A stretch of 64,000 bases of DNA from NCBI GenBank assembly GCA_951406725.2, contig OX597824.1, forward strand, positions 83,018,001-83,082,000, in the 5' to 3' direction. This document shows positions 54,555 to 64,000 of this stretch, one piece after another. The notes beneath the pieces are model-generated. The model had not been told where the DNA came from, ran no database searches, and worked only from the letters and a program-made list of their open reading frames with translations. This stretch comes from Octopus vulgaris. Its lineage: Eukaryota. The stretch's first letter is position 1. Each line of letters starts with the position of its first letter. The translations under genes and the position numbers were made by a program.

Positions 54555-54555
<1 letters not shown>
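53986..54555 (-). mobile_element. Decayed R4/Dong-like non-LTR retrotransposon 3' end (RLE domain)
   Basis: [39 protein letters not shown]...RMWDMAIQTIPVVIGGLG...LQELQK. The 3' end abuts (TAA)n. Confidence 0.8.
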
Positions 54556-54635
<80 letters not shown>

Positions 54636-54645
54636 AGTATGTATA

Positions 54646-54696
<51 letters not shown>

Positions 54697-54958
54697 GTAT
54701 GTATGTATGTATGTATATGTATATATGTATGTATGTATATTGCCAACACTGGTAACTAGAGAAGATGCATTAAGAAGTTTCTTCAAAAGTTCCATATATT
54801 CTACACACACTGTCTATATCATCTTTGATGACTTAATAGTGATTATTATTATTATTATTATTATTATCATCATTATCATTATCATTATTATTATTATTTG
54901 TCCTTACATGTTCTTTGATTTTTGTTAGCCCTTGTGGCCAATAAACCATAATTAATCA

Positions 54959-55001
<43 letters not shown>

Positions 55002-55002
55002 A

Positions 55003-55458
55003 GTGGTGAGCTGGCAGAATCATTAGCACATAAAACAAAATGCTAAGTGGCATCTTGTCCGTCTTTAGGTTCTGAGTTCAAATTCCGTGGAGGACAACCT
55101 TGCCTTTCATTTCTTTCAGGGATAAAGTACCAGTTGAGCACTGGGGTCGATGTGATAGAAACTTACCCCTGCTCCCAGAATTTCTGGCCTTGTGCCAAAA
55201 TCTGATATCATCGTCATCATCATTATTGTTATCATTATTATTATTAATGCTGTGAGCTGGCAGAATCATTAGCACGTTATATGAAATGCTTTCGGTATTT
55301 CACCTGTCACTACATTCTGAGTTCAAATTCAGCAAAGGTCGGCTTTGCCTTTGATCCTTTTGGAGTTGATTAAATAAGAACCAGTTTTGCACTGGGGTCG
55401 ATGTAATCGACTTAATCCCTTCCCCCAAATTTGAGGCCTTGTGCTTCCAGTAGAAAAG

Positions 55459-55491
<33 letters not shown>

Positions 55492-55875
55492 AAGGTGCAA
55501 AGCTATCAGAATCGTTAGCATGCCAGGTGAAATATTTAGCAGCATTTCATTCATCTTCACGTTCTGAGTTCAAATTTGATTACCATCCATTCGAAGCACA
55601 TAAAATAAGCACCAGGTGAGCAATGAGATTGATGTAATCAACTTACACCCTCCACCGAAATTGCGGGCCTTGTGCCAAAATTTGAAACCATTATGATTAT
55701 GCTTCGCGCTATTTCACCTGTTGCTACATTCTGGGTTCAAATACCATCGAGGCTGACTTTGTCTTTCATCCTTTCAGGGTCAATGAAACACATACCAGAT
55801 ATGCACTGGGGTCGATGTAATTGACTAGTCCCCTCTCCCCAAATTACAGGCCTTGTGCCTTTAGTAGAAAGGGTT
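55003..55875 (+). mobile_element. Head-to-tail run of four family-A SINEs separated by (ATT)n
   Basis: Copies start at about 55003, 55250, 55493 and 55705. Confidence 0.8.
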
Positions 55876-56364
55876 ATTATTACTCAGTGCCACCTTGACT
55901 GGTGTCCATGACGGTGGCACGTAAAAAAGCACCAACTAATTGTGGCCATTTAGCAGCCTCCTCTGGCCCCTGTGCCAATGGCACGTAAAAAGCACCAACC
56001 GATTGTGGCCATTGCCAGCCTTGTCTGGCCCCTGTGCCGGTAGCACATAAAAAGCACCCACTACATTCATGGAGTGGTTGGCATTAGGAAGGGCATCCAG
56101 CTGTAGAAACACATCCAGATCAGACTGGAGCCTGGTGCAGCCTCCTGGCTTCCCAGACCCCGGTCGAACCATCCAACCCATGCTAGCATGGAAAGCGGAC
56201 GTTAAACGATGATGATGATGATGATGATATGCACTGGGGTCGATGTAATTGACTAGTCCCCTCTCCCCAAGTTTCAGGCCTTGTGCCTTTAGTAGAGATG
56301 GTTATTATTATTATTATTATTATTATTATCAGTATTATTATTATTATCATTATTATTATTATCA

Positions 56365-56409
<45 letters not shown>

Positions 56410-56445
56410 GTATCAATATTATTATTATTATTATTATTATTATTA

Positions 56446-56485
<40 letters not shown>

Positions 56486-57293
56486 CATTATTATTATTAT
56501 CATCATTATTATTATTATTATTATTATCATTATTATTATTATTATTAGTATCAATATTATTATTATTATTATTATTATTATCATTATATTATTATTATTA
56601 TTATTATTATTATCATTATTATTATTAAATGACTGCCTTGTGCTGGTTGCAACGAGAAATCATTATTCATGAAATGAGAACAAAACAAGAAAAGAGAAAC
56701 CCCCACCTTCTCAACACCACCACCACCACCACCACCACCACTGCCGCCGTCAGTCCCCGACCCCCACACCACCCCGGTCACCCGACAAAAGGTAGGTAAA
56801 GTCTAACAATTCCAGATGACACTGTTTGAATGTTTTGAGTGTAAAAGAGAGGCTTTTGTTTCTCTCAGAGAAATGACACAGTGTTCTGAGAAGAAAAAAA
56901 AAAACTGATAACAGAATCCTAACTGCAACCTGGCAGCAGCGGTAGCAGTGTCATCTTTCACACAGAATCATTGATTACACCATGACAGTGTGCGAAGGGT
57001 GTGGGGGGGAGTGCAGGAAGAGAGAGAGAGAGAGAGAGAGAGAATGAATGTGAGAGAAAGTGAAAGGAGATAGACAACAATGTTGACAATGATAATAATA
57101 ATAATAATAATAATGATAATAATGATGATAATAATAATAATAATAAAATTGCACTTAACCTGAAGAGCAAACAAACAACACCAAGGACACTTTACAGTGA
57201 CAGACAGAAGCTAGGAGGAATGTGAGTAAGGAAGGGCGTGTAATTGTGTGTGTGTATGTATATATATATTTTATATGTATGTATGTATGTATG

Positions 57294-57349
<56 letters not shown>

Positions 57350-57356
57350 ATGTATG

Positions 57357-57515
<159 letters not shown>

Positions 57516-58657
57516 ATATGTATGTATATATATATATATATGTATGTATGTATGTAATCCCATGCACACACATAGGTGTAGATATCACAATCACATTCCA
57601 CATCCTGATCAGAGCCAAATCATCTAAAAAGTCAATGCATATCACTTTGGTAATTATATATACACACACACATACACACACACACACACACACACAAAGG
57701 GTGGGATGTATAAAAGTTCAGTAAAATGACTAAGATGGTTCACTAAATAACACTCATCACTTAAATATGTGTGTGTATATACATGCAAACATGCATAGAC
57801 ATATTTCAGTGATGAATCCTATATAGTGAGCCAACTTCACAACCACATGGTCTTAGGTTCAGTTCCACTCAGTGGCACCTTCAACAAGTGTATTCTACTG
57901 TAGCCCCAGGCCATCTTCACATGCCCTATTCACCAGATTTAACACCTACAAACTTCCATCTCTTCCCCAAGATGAAAATGCAGCTCTAAGGTCGCCGTTT
58001 TAACACCATTGTCGAGACCCAGAGGGAATCACAGAAAGTCCTTGATATCATCATTATCATCATCACCATCGTTTAATATCTGCTTTCCATGCTGGCAAGG
58101 GTTGGACAGTTTGACTGAGGATTCGCAAGCCAGGAGGCTGTGCCAGACTCCAGTCTGATCTGGCGAGGTTTCTACAGCTGGATGCCCTTCCTAATGCCAA
58201 CCACACCGAGTGTGTTGTGGGTGCTGTTTACGTGCCACCAGCAGAGGAGCCAGTCAGGCAGCACTGGCAATGACCACACTTGAATGGTGCTTTTTACATG
58301 GCCCGACACAGGAGCCAGTCAGGTGGCACTGGCAACGACCATGCCCAAATGGTGCTTTTTACATGTCACCGGCACAGGTGCCAGTCAGGCGGTACTGGCA
58401 TCAGCCACGACAATGATTCCACTTGACTCAAAAGGTCTTCTCAACACAGCATATTGCCCAATGATTGAAGGGTACTCTTAAAGGGGCTAGTGATGTGACA
58501 CTGGCATAGGCCAGGGCTATAGTCTCTCTTGGTTTGCCAGGTCTTCTCAAGTACAGCATATCTCCAAAGGTCTTGGTTGCTTGTCATTGCCTTTGTGAGG
58601 CCCAACGTTCAAAGGTCGTGCTTCACCACCTCATCCCAGGAAACCTTATGATATCAC

Positions 58658-58729
<72 letters not shown>

Positions 58730-58809
58730 CACATACACAGACATACATTATACACCAATATCGAACAGTGAGAATGAGTGCTCAGTACTGCATTGGTAGA
58801 TAAATGTTC

Positions 58810-58953
58810 TTTATTTGTGGGTTAACAGGGCTACCAATAGTCTCATGTAAAGTGATCTTCACAATTATTCAAGTGTGCCATATGACATGCTCAAACAATT
58901 GTGAAGATCTCTTAACATGAAACCATAGGTAGCCTTATTAATTCACAAATAAA
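58810..58953. repeat. 144-bp degenerate palindrome
   Basis: Symmetric about 58881/58882. Includes tttatttgtg/cacaaataaa, ggctacc/ggtagcc and gatcttcacaatt/aattgtgaagatc. Confidence 0.85.
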
Positions 58954-59149
58954 AAAAAAAATGTATATATACATTAGTGTACCACCAAGTATTTTATCTG
59001 CCGTTCTAACAGCTCTATCGATTTGCCTCCTTTCTCTCTCTCTCTATGAGAGAGACTGAAAATGCATGTATTAATAATTTCATTACTAGAAAAAGAATAA
59101 TGAAGAGAAGGAAGGACTGGGCTCTCGTTATGAAGGTGATGTTAAAAGA

Positions 59150-59380
59150 GAACCCTAATTAGGAAGCATGTAATTGGGGTCCTTAATTAGGAAATATATG
59201 GTAGAGGAAAGCTCTTAATTAAGGAGTAGATGACAAGGGAATGCTCTTAATTAGAAAGCAGATGACATTGGGGAAGGGCTCTTGATTATGGAGCAGAAGA
59301 TTGAGGAGGGCTCTTAATTAGAGAGCAGATGATGTTGGAGGAGTGCCCTTAATTAGGGAGTAGATGGTAGGGAGAGCAGA
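59150..59380. repeat. Degenerate 28-35 bp tandem repeat built on CTTAATTAG
   Basis: About 7 units by direct reading. Confidence 0.75.
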
Positions 59381-60152
59381 ATACATGAGTAGGAATTTAT
59401 AGGAGAGAGAGAGAGAGGGAGGGAGAGAAGTTTGAAATTACAGGTCCTTAGAGAGCAGGATGAAAAGGCAGGTCTTTATTACTTCTAACTGATCAGTCAA
59501 ATGAACAGAAGGTAAGCTATTGGGCAGGTGACGCCAGTGTCTCAGTTTCAATTCTGGGTCAATCCAGAACTAACTAGCTGTGTACCCTCTTCATTCAGAT
59601 TTACTCCCACCATTCCATCTCTCCTCTTCCCACCACCCTCACTATGTCTCACTTCCTGCATCCCTAATTAAATGTTTCGCTCAATCCTTTCCTCCAAGAA
59701 CTGCAACCCTGTAGAATTCCCTCTCTTGGCCGTGTTCTTTCCTACAAACACTGATCTCTGACCTCCAGTAGTTCAAACCGTAACATCAACCACATCAATG
59801 TCACCAGTTTGGGAAGAGGGACTAAAAGGTCATAGGTTACTCCCCATCCTTCTTCAATATTTTATACCACTAAAAAAATCCAGCAGATCTAAGGGCAGCA
59901 AAGTTCCTTAAACCGTTCAGCAGAAGGGTTCAAGGGGATAACAGAAAAAAAAGCAAAAAAACCCAGATGTAGCACATGAGAGACAATATGAATAACAAGA
60001 GAGGAAGAGAGAGAGTGAGAGAGAGAGAGAGTGAGAGAGGAAGAGAGAGAGAGGGAGAGAGAGAGTGAGAGAGAGAGAGAGTGAGAGAGGAAGAGAGAGA
60101 GAGGGAGAGAGAGAGTGAGAGAGAGGTGTATCAGGTAAGAGACAGTCTATAA

Positions 60153-60438
60153 CAGTGGTTTCCAAAGTGGGCTGAACTGCCCCCTAGGGGTGGTGGAAAG
60201 TTCCACGGGAGCATTGAAGAAAAGTTGAGTGATTATGGGGTAGCCAAAAGGGGGCGACTGATGTAAAACTAACAAAATAATAGTTTAATTAGGTTAAATT
60301 TTACATGTGAAATGCAATTGCTTTGAATTTGCTTCAGAAAGATGCTTATATTTGTGGTGGTAAGTTGGGGTGGGGCACTAGGAATGTAGCCTGAGTGTCG
60401 AGGGGGCACGGCAGCCCCCAAAAGTCCGGGAACCACTG
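60153..60438. mobile_element. hAT (Charlie-like) MITE
   Basis: TIR CAGTGGTTTCC/GGGAACCACTG. 8-bp TSD gtctata(a/g) at 60145-60152 and 60439-60446. Confidence 0.88.
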
Positions 60439-61894
60439 GTCTATAGATACAGGAGTAGAGATTATTGTAGTGGCAGTAAGAAACATGCAGCATGTTGTAG
60501 GACAGAGGTTTTAGTGGGTTGGGGGTGAGTCTATCTTACAACGACCCTTTGGAAACATTAAGGATATGGGATTGTCATGAGAGAATTTCAAGAGAATTCT
60601 AAGGCCTGACATTCCCTTGAATAAAGAGGTTACTACAGTTCTATATTTCTGAGATGAGGAATTTATATCATGTACCCTGTTTATATTAGTTGTATTGGTG
60701 TGCAGAGAGTGGTACGAGGACAGTGTATCCCACTGGATCAGATAAAGGGTTAGGTTCAAGATTCTGGTACAACAACTGAGTTTAATACAAGATGCTTGAA
60801 GAAGGCTGAGGCATGTGAGGAGGTGCTGGAAAGTTCCTGGTTTTGAGGATATTGCGAAAGGCCTGGTTGGAAGCTCAGCCAAAGGAGAGGCAAAAGCCAA
60901 TACTGCTTGGCGTCAGTGACGTTATGATTCATTTCAACGGAAGAGTGAACTGAAGTAACGTGAAATAAAGCATCTTGCTCAAGAACACAACACACAGCCA
61001 AGTCAGGGAATCAAACTCACTACCTCATGATTGTGAGCCGGATGCTCTAACCACTGAGACATGTGCTTTCCCTCCCTCTATCCATCCCTCCATCCATCCA
61101 TCCATACATACATAGATAGGGTGACATGCCGTGGTTGAGCAACATACATACATACATACATACATACATACATACATACATAGATAGGGTGACATGCCAT
61201 GGTTGAGCAGACCTATTGAGTCACGTACATCAACATCAGTAATATCAAAATCAAATCAAATGGAAATTGTAGTTGTGAGCCCCATGCCAGTGGCACGTAA
61301 AAAGCACCATCCGAATGTGGCCAATGCCAGTGCCGCTTTGACAGGCTTCCATACCGGTGGCATGTAAAAAATGACATCTGATCATATGGTCGATGCCAGT
61401 TCCTCTGGCCCCTGTGCCAGTGGCACATAAAAAGCATCCACTACACTCTCGGAGTGGTTGATGTTAGGAAGGGCATCCAGCTGTAGAAACACTGCCAGAT
61501 CAGATTGGGGCCTGGTGCAGCCATCACGTTCACCAGTCCTCAGTCAAATCGTCCAACCCATGCCAGCATGGAAAACGGATGTTAGATGATGATGATGATG
61601 ATGATGATATATAAGTTTAGGAGAGTAAGAGGTTGGAATAACTGTCTAAGGGATAAAAATATCCATTTTACTACTGGTATAATTATCTACGTTAACCCTG
61701 GGCATGCATATGCAAGCATATTATACTCATAGGATACAGTCTGTGATAAAGATAAACATGAGTTTATCAGGAATCAAATTTAAATTAAGCAGAAAATGGA
61801 TGTTAGTCAATTGTTGTTGATCAAAATTTCTCCATATTTTCTACTTAATTTATATATATATATATATGTTGTCGTAACCAACGAAGTGCTCCTC

Positions 61895-61985
<91 letters not shown>

Positions 61986-62423
61986 GTTTGTATATATGTA
62001 TGTATATATATTGGTTGTCATAAATGGAAAACCCAATAGTGATATATCTATGTAACGATGTAACTGCAAGACCGTAGCAAGTGACAAAATGCCACATTGA
62101 AGAAGCACAGAAGAATACGCATTAAAATGATAACAGAAATTACACTCCTTAACGCACACTGATAAATCTAGGGCAGTGAAATGGGAAAAAGGTGAGGTAG
62201 AGGTGAAAGTTAGCAGGAAACTGAAAGTCACGATATTTGTAATGTTTCTTTTTTTATTACAATGGGTCATTATTATCTGATTATGCAAAACAAATGACAT
62301 GATGAGTTTCATTTCACAACTTAACAGGTTTCAATTTCAAAAGGTGGCATATAGAGAACTGTTATGAGTCACAGTGTGACAAGCACACCTTGGCTTATAG
62401 GTATCTGGCTACATATGTAATCA

Positions 62424-62851
62424 GGTGTATGCATAGCTGTGTGGTAAGAAGTTCGTTTCTCAGCCACATGGTTCTAGGTTCAGTCCCCACACTGCATGAC
62501 ACCTTGGGCAAGTTTCTTCTACCATATACAGCCTTCGGCCAACCAAAGCCTTGTGCGCGGATTTGGTAGATAGAAACTGAAAGAAGCCCATTGTAAATAT
62601 ATGTGTGTATGTGTGTCTTTGTGTCTGTTTGTCCCCCCACCACCATCATCACCACTTGACGACCAGTGTTGGTATGTTTATATTCCCATAACTTAGTGGT
62701 TTGGCAAAAGTGACCGATAGAATAAGTATCAGACTTTAAAAAATACAAGAGGTACTGGGATTGATTCATTCAGCTACAAATTCTTCAAGGTGGTGCCCCA
62801 GCATGGCCACAGTCTAATGACCGAAACAAGTAAAAGATAAAACGACAAAAG
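62424..62851 (+). mobile_element. Family-B SINE, diverged
   Basis: Same modules as 47323-47797. Confidence 0.8.
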
Positions 62852-63613
62852 ATATATGTACATCATCCTCGTCCTTTAACGTCCACTTTTCCATGCTTGC
62901 ATGGGTCAGACGAATTTTATAAAAGCAAATTTTCTATGATCAGATGCTCTTCCAGTTACCAACCCTCACCTGTTTCCATGTAAGGTAATATCACCCCAAG
63001 ATCAAACACACACACACAAGCAATAATTATATATATTTCTTTGTTGCCCACAAGGGGCTAAACTTAGAGGGGACAAACAAGGACAGACAAAGGGATTAAG
63101 TCGATTACATCGACCCCAATGCGAAACTGGTACTTTATTTATCGACCTCGAAAGGATGAAAGGCAAAGTCGACCTTGGCGGAATTTGAACTCACAACTTC
63201 CGCCGAGGTCGTTGTGAACATTAGACTGATAAACGTAGATGTATCATCTTCATCATTTAACATCCATGTTCCATGCTGGCATGGGTGGGACAGTTTGGCG
63301 AGGATGCAGCGAGTCAAGGACTGCAGTATCATACCCCAGTACCTGCTTTGGCATGGTTTCTATGGCTGGGTGCCCTTCCCAGTGACAACCACTTTACAGT
63401 CTGAATTGAGGCCCTTTTACGTGCATCCAGTACTGTTGAGGTCACCATGTAGCTTTCAAGTCAACAAACCGAAGGAGGCAGAATGTGGCCTCTGTATGTT
63501 TAGATGGAGGTTATAGTTATAGTTAAGACATGTGGAAAGAGGTTGGAGTACGGAAGCTTCTTGCAGTAGAGGAGCTACATGGCTACTCAAGTTGCATACA
63601 TGTATGTATGTAA

Positions 63614-64000
63614 GTGAAGGTGCATGATTCAGTAATTACAGAATCAGGCTCACAATCATGAGGTAGCGAGTTCGATTCCCAGACAGGGCTGTGTGTTGTG
63701 TTCTTGAGCAAGACACTTTATTTCACATTGCTCCAGACCACTCAGCTGTAGAAATGAGTTGTTGTTGTTGTTAAGCAACAAGATGGGTAAGGGTGATTAG
63801 GTCATGGTCTAGGGCTTACGGGAGGGGGACCCCAGACCTTGGAAAAAAAAAAAAAAATTGGTTTTCTTGTTGTAGTCGAGGGCTCTTCATTGACACCCGG
63901 CACCACTGGGAGGTGGCCTTCGAAGTCGCTGGAAACGGAGATCTCCAGGTCCAAATTCTTGAACGGCAGAAATGAGTTGTGACGTCACTGGTACCAAGCT
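63614..64000 (+). mobile_element. tRNA/CORE-type SINE interrupted by a 205-bp antisense retroposed insert
   Basis: 13-bp TSD agaaatgagttgt at 63750-63762 and 63968-63980. Confidence 0.85.

Overview
AT-rich, repeat-dense eukaryotic DNA. The SINE/microsatellite make-up suggests a coleoid cephalopod, probably Octopus (inference). The only supportable host gene is the 3' part of FBXO11 on the minus strand: five GT-AG exons (40008-39923, 36729-36509, 33426-33208, 31340-31232, 29019-28791) that splice in frame into PbH1/CASH repeats plus the C-terminal UBR-type zinc finger and a TAG stop. I found no further upstream exon by eye, so 40009-64000 appears to be one intron of more than 24 kb. The rest is (TA)n/(AAT)n/(GA)n microsatellite, several tRNA-derived SINE families, CR1-like and R4/Dong-like LINE fragments, piggyBac, hAT and Helitron non-autonomous elements, and long palindromes. 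Nearly all ORFs in the supplied track are microsatellite artefacts. The most notable signal is a set of minimal type I hammerhead ribozyme motifs of the Penelope/retrozyme kind: three with complete cores (14461-14514 -, 19050-19152 -, 31777-31851 +) and one lacking its cleavage helix (32255-32363 -, sense inside an FBXO11 intron). There are also many intronic dsRNA-forming inverted repeats. All folds were paired by eye and none is computationally or experimentally validated.
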